Of a stretch of 64,000 bases of DNA, positions 53,005-61,800 are shown one piece after another. How positions within the stretch are numbered: position 1 is the first letter of the stretch; each line of letters opens with the position of its first letter. The notes under the pieces are model-generated. The model had not been told where the DNA came from. It saw nothing but the letters and a program-made list of their open reading frames with translations, and did no database searches. The stretch is from positions 124,001 through 188,000 of the IMG/VR virus record IMGVR_UViG_3300048672_001051. One strand, given 5' to 3'. A program made the position numbers and the translations under genes.

Positions 53005-53388
53005 TTATAAATGCCTTAAACTTGTTATAGGTCGACTATTACTTTTTATATAAAATTTTTTTGTAAAATTAGAATAGCCGTGTGCATAACCGTCAAGTCT
53101 AAATGTTTCACAAGATTTTCTCTCTAAAAGAAAAGTTTTACCAAATTTTCTGCCAGTACTATTTAAATAGTAAGCCCAATTATTATCTGATCTTTTGGCA
53201 AGACCAGACTCATATTCATATAATCCAATAGGAAGTCTTGATTCATATTTAATATATCTAGCTATTTCCCAAAATATTTTAAAGCATTTCTGCTTTAAAA
53301 TATAATTAAGATTAATGCAAATAATTTTGTAGCGCGCAAAATTTTCAAAATATTCTAAAACTCTGGTTGCTTTTTCAGATTCATTCAT
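53005..53388 (-). CDS. LRxL-array paralog 23
   Basis: KIFWEIARY...AHGY...LRHL. Confidence 0.8.
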   Translation of the reverse strand: MNESEKATRVLEYFENFARYKIICINLNYILKQKCFKIFWEIARYIKYESRLPIGLYEYESGLAKRSDNNWAYYLNSTGRKFGKTFLLERKSCETFRLDGYAHGYSNFTKKFYIKSNSRPITSLRHL

Positions 53389-53389
53389 A

Positions 53390-53788
53390 TTACAAGTACC
53401 TTAAGCTATTAACATGGTTAATAAAATTATTTAAAAAATATTTTTGCATAGTAAAATTATAACCGTGAAGTTTGTTTTGAATAGTGAAATAACGTTGAGG
53501 ATCTTTTCTATTGTCAACAACTTTACCTACTCGTCTGCTAATAGAATTAACATACGCATAGTAGGTATTTGAGCTGTTTATAGCTTTTCCAGCGCTATAT
53601 TCTGCTAAGTCTAAAGTTATTAAAGATTGATATTTTAATTTCAAATATCTTACATACTCCCAATAACGTTTAAAAATTCCTGTCTTTAAACCAAAATTAT
53701 ATTGCTCAGTTAAAAACTGCAAATTAAATTTCTCTTTAGAATTTTTAATTTGCATAAAAATATTTGCACCAAATGTCAAAACATTCAT
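53390..53788 (-). CDS. LRxL-array paralog 24
   Basis: KRYWEYVRY...LHGY...LRYL. Confidence 0.8.
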   Translation of the reverse strand: MNVLTFGANIFMQIKNSKEKFNLQFLTEQYNFGLKTGIFKRYWEYVRYLKLKYQSLITLDLAEYSAGKAINSSNTYYAYVNSISRRVGKVVDNRKDPQRYFTIQNKLHGYNFTMQKYFLNNFINHVNSLRYL

Positions 53789-53791
53789 CAG

Positions 53792-54226
53792 TTAAAGCTC
53801 TCTTAATTTTAAATTAAAAACATCTTCGTCATTAACACTAAATCCGAGACTATGAGTACCATGGCAGGTACTGTCTGTACAGTAGTACTTATGATCATCT
53901 GACGAGATATGCAAACCTATTGTAAAATTATCAGATTTTATATAACTAGTTGTTATAAGTTTTATCGGATCTATAATAGCACCTACTGGGTACTTATTAT
54001 AAAATTTATCTAAGTCTGCGTACCAACTAAATATATCATATGCATATCTGACTACGCCCCAAAAAAAGACTGAATTTAGAGGTTTTTGAGTTGCAATAAA
54101 ATCTAGCCTATTTACAATATCTATAAGTGTTGGTGAACACTCACCTTCAATACTTATTTTCACTATCTCTAAAACTTCTTTGAAGTATTTAACAACCTCT
54201 AAACACTCTTTTAATTTCAAATCCAT
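53792..54226 (-). CDS. LRxL-array paralog 25
   Basis: FFWGVVRY...CHGT...LREL. Confidence 0.8.
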   Translation of the reverse strand: MDLKLKECLEVVKYFKEVLEIVKISIEGECSPTLIDIVNRLDFIATQKPLNSVFFWGVVRYAYDIFSWYADLDKFYNKYPVGAIIDPIKLITTSYIKSDNFTIGLHISSDDHKYYCTDSTCHGTHSLGFSVNDEDVFNLKLREL

Positions 54227-54227
54227 A

Positions 54228-54620
54228 CTATAAATGCCTTAAATGCAGGTCAATCATGTCGCCATTAATAATAAAATAACTTTTATCGAGAGTATTACTT
54301 TGTCCATGGCTTGTACCTTTAAAACGAAAGCTGTGAGTTTTAATCCAGCCGGCTGCTACACAATTACCTAGTCTTATACCTGAAGTTGTACAGTAAAATT
54401 TTCCAAAAAATTTATTTGGTACTTGGCTAAAACCTTCAGAATATTTTTTTAAATCTACATTTTTCGTATGACAATTTTTTAAATAACGAGCTGCTTGCCA
54501 AAATACTTTAGCACTTCTTTCAATATTAATGACATTTAATAAAATTTTATAAGCTTCCTCATTTTCTTTTTTAAAGTCTGTTAAAACTTTAAAAATTTCT
54601 AACGCTTGAACTTCATTCAT
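54228..54620 (-). CDS. LRxL-array paralog 26
   Basis: KVFWQAARY...SHG...LRHL. Confidence 0.8.
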   Translation of the reverse strand: MNEVQALEIFKVLTDFKKENEEAYKILLNVINIERSAKVFWQAARYLKNCHTKNVDLKKYSEGFSQVPNKFFGKFYCTTSGIRLGNCVAAGWIKTHSFRFKGTSHGQSNTLDKSYFIINGDMIDLHLRHL

Positions 54621-54622
54621 AT

Positions 54623-55003
54623 TTACAGATACCTGAGAGATTTGATACGATTAGGAATACCGTTTAAATAATATTTTTTATCTATTTGGTCATAGCCGTG
54701 AAGCTCACCTTTAATATAAAAATATTCACGATTATCAAAAATAGCGCGACCAAATCTTTCGAGAGAGCTTGATAAATATCCTGGACGTCTAGACTCTGAA
54801 TTAAATATAGGTCCAGCAGTGTATTCTTTTAAATCTATTTCATGTCCAGCACACGCTTTAAAAAATCTCAGTATCATCCAGTATTTTTTAAAATTGGCAG
54901 TTTTTAATGCCAATTTAAATTCGTCTTTTAGTTCACTGCCTAGCTTATGACGCGTGTCCGGAATAAGTTGAAAAATATGCTGTGCAAATAGTTCTTCTCT
55001 CAT
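54623..55003 (-). CDS. LRxL-array paralog 27
   Basis: KKYWMILRF...LHGY...LRYL. Confidence 0.8.
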   Translation of the reverse strand: MREELFAQHIFQLIPDTRHKLGSELKDEFKLALKTANFKKYWMILRFFKACAGHEIDLKEYTAGPIFNSESRRPGYLSSSLERFGRAIFDNREYFYIKGELHGYDQIDKKYYLNGIPNRIKSLRYL

Positions 55004-55455
55004 TATAACTCTCTTAGTCTTAAAGTATTTTTTAGTGCGCGATCATTTATATTGAAACTAATACTATTATTAATACTGCAAGTCCCATGCTTCATATCTT
55101 TAAGTCTATAACTTGTACTCTCCAAGTAATAATCCAAACCTATTAGTTTAAAATCTGTTGTAAGATAACTTACAATTTTTAAATCTGTCGGTGATCTAGC
55201 CAAACCTGCAGGATATTTATTTAAAGTTTTGTCGAAATAATAAAAATAATTTGCCAAATTTAAATAGACATAACGGGTTATCTGCCAAAAACAAATAATA
55301 CTTGGACTAGGAGATTTAAAAATGTAGTCTAAAATTTTACAAGCAAGCGATAATTCATCAATATATTTTATACGAACATTTTTAAGCATTTCAGGCGTTT
55401 CTAAATATTCTTTAAAATATCTTAAGATTTTTTCAGAGTCTTCTAGTTGTGTCAT
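55003..55455 (-). CDS. LRxL-array paralog 28
   Basis: CFWQITRY...KHGT...LREL. Confidence 0.8.
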   Translation of the reverse strand: MTQLEDSEKILRYFKEYLETPEMLKNVRIKYIDELSLACKILDYIFKSPSPSIICFWQITRYVYLNLANYFYYFDKTLNKYPAGLARSPTDLKIVSYLTTDFKLIGLDYYLESTSYRLKDMKHGTCSINNSISFNINDRALKNTLRLREL

Positions 55456-55457
55456 AA

Positions 55458-55835
55458 TTACAAATCTCTCAGTTTTAAATTAGAATTTAAAACACAATTA
55501 TTTATTTTTAAAATAAATATTTTTGAAGCCTTATTAACATACACGCCGTGCATTCCACCGTTATTTTGAAAAAATTTTAAATTAATATTGTCATATTCGC
55601 CGAAAGACCTGAGATAACTATTAAAATAATATTTTCGATTAGTGCCAGGCGATACATACAAACCAGCTCTTGTTAGAAAATTTGGCCGTACTGGACGGCC
55701 AACATCATATTGTAATTCTCTTAAAACACCTAGGAATTTAGTTGTCTCACCGTCAGCTAACATTTTTAAACATAAAATATATGCATACGTATTTTTCGGA
55801 ATATTTTGTAATAAATCTAAAAATAATATTTTCAT
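55458..55835 (-). CDS. LRxL-array paralog 29
   Basis: YYFNS...MHG...LRDL. Confidence 0.8.
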   Translation of the reverse strand: MKILFLDLLQNIPKNTYAYILCLKMLADGETTKFLGVLRELQYDVGRPVRPNFLTRAGLYVSPGTNRKYYFNSYLRSFGEYDNINLKFFQNNGGMHGVYVNKASKIFILKINNCVLNSNLKLRDL

Positions 55836-56242
55836 TATAAATGCCTTAATTCTCTAGTTTTTACATCACGGCTGTTAATAATAAAAATAAAGCCTCTCTC
55901 AATGTCAAAAACCCCATGTTTTCGACTTTGTTTGTAATGCCTTCTAGCTACACTATTAAATTTAGCCATACCAATTACTTTGTCTTGTTTGTTTACATAA
56001 TAATGATAATTACCTAATATTGATGTAGCTAAGCCTGAACGCATGTGGCCTATATCTACACCCGAAGGCTTTATAGCTTTATGGTAATTATAATGTCTAA
56101 TAATCTCCCAAAATTTTTTAAAATTGTTAGTAGCAATTAAACTTTCTAATTTTCTAGTAGTTTTTTTGTCAATACTTGGTTGATTATACTCTTGTATAAT
56201 TTTTAAAATTTCATAAGGATTTGTAGTAATCATTTGCCACAC
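55835..56242 (-). CDS. LRxL-array paralog 30
   Basis: KKFWEIIRH...KHG...LRHL. Confidence 0.8.
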   Translation of the reverse strand: MWQMITTNPYEILKIIQEYNQPSIDKKTTRKLESLIATNNFKKFWEIIRHYNYHKAIKPSGVDIGHMRSGLATSILGNYHYYVNKQDKVIGMAKFNSVARRHYKQSRKHGVFDIERGFIFIINSRDVKTRELRHL

Positions 56243-56254
56243 CTTTGTTAATAT

Positions 56255-56674
56255 TTATAAATACCTTAGATTTTTTTTGTAAAAAAAATCATTATTAATA
56301 TACATGGTAGTAATATTATTCAGGAAAGCCATGCCGTGAAAATAATTATTTTTAAAAAATAAACATTCTTTATTAATACCAGTCTTGTGTAAACCTATTC
56401 TTAAGCCTAAGGAGTTAATATAAAAACTTTCATTGCCTGAGTTTAGGCTAACAAAACCGCTTGCCTTACTTCCTAGCGGTATTTTTAAATCATAATTTTG
56501 ATTAACATACCGACATACTTCCCAAAATTTTTTAGTATTATTTTGATAAATCAATTGTGATAGTATTGCAGGGTAATCTTTTAAAGTAATATACTTTTTT
56601 GTATATTTTTCAACTTCTTTTATAATTTCTAAGGGTTGCATTTCTAGAGATTCCTTAAAGACTTTGTTGGGCAT
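56255..56674 (-). CDS. LRxL-array paralog 31
   Basis: KKFWEVCRY...FHG...LRYL; likely start MQPLE. Confidence 0.8.
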   Translation of the reverse strand: MPNKVFKESLEMQPLEIIKEVEKYTKKYITLKDYPAILSQLIYQNNTKKFWEVCRYVNQNYDLKIPLGSKASGFVSLNSGNESFYINSLGLRIGLHKTGINKECLFFKNNYFHGMAFLNNITTMYINNDFFYKKNLRYL

Positions 56675-57039
56675 TCAGAATTATTAATATAATTTTGAAA
56701 ATAAGAATTCACAGTACGAACTCCGTGTAATTTTCTATTTTTAAAAAATAATTTTGCTTTATGATGGATTGATAAACCCACCACCTTACCTTTACTATTT
56801 AAATAGTAACTACTAGATAAGTTATGCATACAAGCTAAGCCCACTAAACGTGGGCCTGTAATATATTTTAAATCAAATTCATTTTTTAAATATCTGTACA
56901 GTTCCCAAAATTCTTTAACATTTTTAGTAGTACTTAAAAGATTGTAAACATAATGATTACAGTCAGCAGGATCTTTTAAAATTAATTTTAAAAGATCATA
57001 TATTTCAATAATTTCGTGTTGTTCAATTGTCTTAGTCAC
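56644..57039 (-). CDS. LRxL-array paralog 32
   Basis: KEFWELYRY...LHG...LRNL. Confidence 0.8.
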   Translation of the reverse strand: MTKTIEQHEIIEIYDLLKLILKDPADCNHYVYNLLSTTKNVKEFWELYRYLKNEFDLKYITGPRLVGLACMHNLSSSYYLNSKGKVVGLSIHHKAKLFFKNRKLHGVRTVNSYFQNYINNSECPTKSLRNL

Positions 57040-57408
57040 TTATAAATACCTTAAGCTCCGCCATGTCAGTAAATTGCCTTTAAGCCAGAATTTATGAAAT
57101 CTATCATCGCAACCATGCCTATAGCCTTGACAATAAAAAACTCTATCTCGAGAGTTTCTTGCAAATCCAAATTCTCTAGCTTCTCTATTAATATAACTTA
57201 AAAAATTAGAATTAGAGTTATAAATTTTACCAGCAGTATACTCACCTAAAATTAAATTAAACTTTTCTGTTTTTTTAATTCTACGAGCTACACTCCAAAA
57301 TTCTTTAAAATTTTGGTTAAGAAGACATTCTTGCAAAAGTCTAGTGTCAATATGGTAACTAAATCTTAAGTGGTCTAAAACATTTTTAGCTGATTCTAAT
57401 TCAGTCAT
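57040..57408 (-). CDS. LRxL-array paralog 33
   Basis: KEFWSVARR...RHG...LRYL. Confidence 0.8.
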   Translation of the reverse strand: MTELESAKNVLDHLRFSYHIDTRLLQECLLNQNFKEFWSVARRIKKTEKFNLILGEYTAGKIYNSNSNFLSYINREAREFGFARNSRDRVFYCQGYRHGCDDRFHKFWLKGNLLTWRSLRYL

Positions 57409-57409
57409 A

Positions 57410-57886
57410 TCATAAATACCTTAGCCTAGTCACATTACTTCGTATTCCATCAATATAAAAATCAGGTGCATTGAATCTTTTATATGCGCCATGTCTAATA
57501 TTATTTTTAAAATAACATGATTCATTATCAGACCTTTGACACAGACCTATCATGCCACTATTTTTTAATTTATAATAAAAATTATTATAACGCATAAACT
57601 TACCATTAAAATAATGTTGTAAGTTTATTTCAGGGCAATAAGAAGTACTAATATATTTTATTTTAGGCCAAAAATTTTTGGTATTATTGTCTGATAGAGC
57701 ATTTTTAAAAAGTCGCAAAATATCTACAGACTTTAAAGATCTTTGATAAACAGTTCTAACTATATCTTCACGAGTGTGACACTTTTTTAAAATTTCTTTT
57801 GTATTACAAGGATTGTAAAAAAAAGGAAAAGGACTTGGTGACAATATGGTTGAATAAGCCATAGACGTAATATCTGTAGGGTACAT
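57410..57886 (-). CDS. LRxL-array paralog 34
   Basis: KNFWPKIKY...RHG...YIDG...LRYL. Confidence 0.8.
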   Translation of the reverse strand: MYPTDITSMAYSTILSPSPFPFFYNPCNTKEILKKCHTREDIVRTVYQRSLKSVDILRLFKNALSDNNTKNFWPKIKYISTSYCPEINLQHYFNGKFMRYNNFYYKLKNSGMIGLCQRSDNESCYFKNNIRHGAYKRFNAPDFYIDGIRSNVTRLRYL

Positions 57887-57898
57887 AAAATATCCGTT

Positions 57899-58117
57899 TT
57901 AAAGTTGTAATAGTGTAATATTTTTTGAAAGTTTTTTACCAGCTATATATAATGTAATATTCTCTTGATCCTGTAGCGAAGAACCATGTCTTCCAGCTAT
58001 AGAGTTAAAGAAACTTTCAAAAGAGTCCATATATAACCCAACAATTCTTGCCAAACTATCTCTAAAATAATTGCCGTATTCGCCAGTATAGTAACCTGCA
58101 ACTTCAGATTTTTCCAT
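57899..58117 (-). CDS. LRxL-array paralog 35, lacking the N-terminal helical half
   Basis: 72 aa: GYY...IVG...RHG...LYIAG...LLQL. Confidence 0.7.
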   Translation of the reverse strand: MEKSEVAGYYTGEYGNYFRDSLARIVGLYMDSFESFFNSIAGRHGSSLQDQENITLYIAGKKLSKNITLLQL

Positions 58118-58276
58118 AAAAATGACTCGTTATTGTAAACAAAAAAGGGGTTTTAAGCTAAGATGCTAAAGCTTTGCACCCCTTAAAATAAGTATACTTA
58201 AATAATATTGCTTAAAAAAATGACTCGTTATTGTGATAGAAAAATTTTTTAAAAACAATTCTAACAACAATAACGA
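58118..58276. repeat. 19-bp direct repeat and partial inverted copy upstream of the array
   Basis: AAAAATGACTCGTTATTGT at 58118-58136 and 58216-58234; ACAATAACGA at 58267-58276. Confidence 0.75.
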
Positions 58277-58310
58277 TAAAAAATAAAAAGTCAAAAAAGC
58301 CTTATAGCTC

Positions 58311-58592
58311 TTAAAGCTTTAAAAAGAATTTATTAGAATTTTCTAAATTAGAAAGCAGATATACGTGCTTAATATTCAGAAAAGAGTCAATAAATGAATA
58401 ACCTAAAATATTATTTTGATTTGAAGTTTTAAGAACCTTCAAATCTTTAATAAGATTCAAATTATTAATGAAATAATTCAAATAACTATGATTACCTTGA
58501 ACATTTGGAAAATTAGAATATAAATCTTCTAAAATTTTCCGAGTAGTATTCAAGTTACGAGCACGTGTTAAAACATACCGCGGGCGAGTCAT
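58311..58592 (-). CDS. Hypothetical protein (start MTRPRY)
   Basis: GGAGG SD before ATG at 58592; 93 aa. Confidence 0.6.
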   Translation of the reverse strand: MTRPRYVLTRARNLNTTRKILEDLYSNFPNVQGNHSYLNYFINNLNLIKDLKVLKTSNQNNILGYSFIDSFLNIKHVYLLSNLENSNKFFLKL

Positions 58593-58770
58593 TAAAACCT
58601 CCACAAAAAGAAAGAATTTTTGATACGGTAAACCAGAGATTGGGGGATTGTTTGCACTAGTCCAAGGGGGTTAGACCAGAATTGCAAATAAAAGAACCAC
58701 TACTACATAAGTTTTCCAAGACTACTCTAACGATCTTCAATGATCATTGATGCTATAATGCTTTTTAATT

Positions 58771-58800
58771 GGTGTTTCGGAAGTTAACTTCCGAAACACC
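58771..58800. terminator. Perfect 30-bp palindrome after the RNAP stop
   Basis: GGTGTTTCGGAAGTT|AACTTCCGAAACACC. Confidence 0.65.
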
Positions 58801-58810
58801 GTGTTAAGGA

Positions 58811-61800
58811 TTACATACCTAAACTTTTCATTAGTGCATCTAAGTCATCTGGCGGAACGTTACCATTTGAATTAGCGCCTTCTTGAATGTTAAGGTCACT
58901 AAACTCTTCAGGATCTGCACAGAAAGCCTCAAATTTCTGACGGATCTCGAAAAGTTTTGAAACAAGTGAACCGAAATATGTGTTTTCAGAAATGAATGTC
59001 TCCCACATTTTCAATTCACTTTCGTCTACCGGAATTCGACCCTTATTGTATAAAGAGATAAAATTCCGACAACCTTTTAAAGCCTTCGAATGAGAACCCC
59101 AAGTGATAATAAACAAAAGTTTATTAATATCACCAAGGGTCATCCGATATTCAGGTTTTTGCAATTCAGCAATAATAATCTTACGATTTTCAGGCAATGC
59201 CATATTGCGCAGAAAGAACATTTCAAAGTCCTTACTACCATTTTTGGCATGCTTAATTGCTTCAATAACTTTTTCCTGAACCAAACGAGTATAAGCAAAA
59301 GAGAATTGTTTAAATTCTAAATCGCTAAGGGGCTGCAATAAAACAGGGTTAGGGACATTAGCAGTTTTGTATAAACCTTTATTTGCGACAAAGAATGCTT
59401 GATAACACTGCATTAAAGCAGTAGCAGTCCAAATGTCTAGGGTGGCAGGGCCAATATTAGCTTTAGCAACAGAGGCATTAAGCAAATACTGTTGATAGCA
59501 TGGAATGCCATTTTGAGGTGCCATTGGAACTTTGTTCAGTTTATAAACATGTTGACCAATAGGTAACAACTTGTTAGTTGTTTCATACTCACCATCAATA
59601 TACTCTTCATTCCAACATAATTCTTGCTCAAGAGGTTGAGGCCGAACAAATCGACGAAGAATTTCTTGACCAATTGGATTAGGAATAGCTAATGGTAGAG
59701 CATCACCATCACAATCACTTCGTGCTTCCAAAGCAATAGTAGGGCTGATTAACAGAATGTCACTATTGTACCGAGGATTCAAATACGCGTGCAAATCAAT
59801 ATTATGCACTGTCTTCAAATACATTCGGAACAAGTTAACATCCCAAATACGAGGTACTTGTAGCTGCATTTCCCAAAGTACAGGATTACGCACTGCTAAG
59901 CTACGAGGAACTTCGTTTAAAGCACGATCTACAGCTTGTTTGTCTAAAGTGCCATGCTCATTTAAACGCGCTAAGATGTCAATCTGAGAACTAACAAGAC
60001 GTTCCCAATCATCACCAAAGGCTTCATTCGAGATACGTTCAAATTTAGACTGACTCATAACAACAACAACATCAGGTGGTAGATAATGATCAACTACCTG
60101 TTTCATACCAAAGCCTTTCATACGAGGCTTGATAAGATGTTGAATTACCATTTGAGCGGCTTCTTCGTCTGAATAAAGCGTCGATTTAACTGCACGCAAA
60201 TACTCGTCTAAAGCATAAGACTGTTGTCGATTGTTGTCAGGCATTAACATGTTTCGGAAAACTTTATTATACCCTTTCAGGTATTTATAGTTTTCACGAA
60301 CAAGTCGCAAAATCTTAGACAATCGAATTAAAATGTCTGGATAATTTGTTTCGCCACTCATAAGTCGACCAGTAAACCGGTTCAACAAATAAGCACTAGG
60401 CATCCGGACACAAGGGCCGCCGAGAGAGCTGAAATCCAAATAAAAACCATTCGGATTATATTCAGCATTTAACAAGCGAGAATTAGATGGAAAAATTGCC
60501 TTCTTTGTTAATACAAAGTCGTCAGGTCCATACATAGGATTCTTACTAATTAAATCGGCAGGGGTGATAATTGGAAGTTCATCAACTTCTGAAAATACAG
60601 CGCGATCATCTGTTAGAATTTTAAACAATTCATAAACAGCTTTAATAGAATCAGGATCACGATAACTTTCAAAAATATGATTTGCAAGTTCAAGCGATAC
60701 GCCACCTTGGAATGTTAACATCTTCAAGGTTTCAAACATTACAGATTGAGGTTTCCAATCTGCGTAGATGTCAGTAATTTCAGTGTAGTTGATATAGACA
60801 AGTCCAATCTCAACGTTAACTTCATTACCAAAATTATCTACATATTTGTATTCAGGCAAAGACTGAGACGCAGCATTAATTTCAGCTTCATCCAATGAAT
60901 TTAAATAGCCTGAATTACCACGTTTAACACTGGGTTTATAGTAGCCCAGCTTAACAGCTAGAGCAGCTCGTGCTAAAACAATGGTGTTTGATGCAGCTTT
61001 AACAGCATTCATACCAGTAACAATGTCCGGTACGAGAAAATCTTTTTCATTCCAAGTGTTATCTGTCGAGGAATCTCCAAGATATTCAGAAGCATTTGGA
61101 TAACGTTCAGCAATAGCAGAGTCATCAAAAACATTCTTAAACATAATCTTACCAGTATTGGTAAGAACTTTAGTAACACCTTTAAGTCCGGTGCTACTTG
61201 TGATACGGCAGTTACCTGCACGGCAAATACCTTTAAAACGAATTTTAAAAGAATTTGCAATGCTTGTCGCATCAATAGAAAGTACAGTAATGGTTTTAAA
61301 ATTGTACAAGTCGATAGGACTTGACAAGTTATTCAACCCAACTGTAAATGTTTTAAAAGAAGGCTGATAAGTCTTGCCAGCTTCTACTAAAACTTCAGAA
61401 AAAATTTCTTCAATACTGAAAGAAACTTCTAAAGCTTGAGCTGCAATAGTTGCTGCAATTTCAATTTCACCGGAAACAAAACGTTTAGTGTCTGGGTCCA
61501 TTGGATGAAATACAATAAAAGCTTCACGTTGGCAATCGTCTTTACGAGTAAAGACGTCACCATTAATGATATAATCCTGTGTAAAAACAGAATTACTAGG
61601 GTTTTCAATCTTTAGATGCTCTCCTAAAGAATGAGTTTTAAGACGAGCAGCTAACGACTGTTTATTATCGAAAATAGTCAAGATCGAAGGAACTGTATCT
61701 CGAAGATTTTCAGAATAACCTGTGTTGCGAAACATAAAAGGCTGTTCACCTGTAAACAGGCTAACAGTAGCAGTTTTAGACATACTACCTTCAGATGTCA

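Larger units (their letters stand above)
44082..58117 (-). repeat. Tandem array of 35 paralogous small genes (LRxL-tail family)
   Basis: Shared K-x-FW-x3-R-Y helix, Y-x-NS...G, HG...NG motif; 31 of 35 end in LRx[L/I]. Confidence 0.92.

Noticed and set aside
44082-58117. Integron-like cassette array or diversity-generating retroelement
   Set aside because: No attC-type inverted repeats between genes, no integrase or reverse transcriptase, and no near-identical TR/VR pair in the window.
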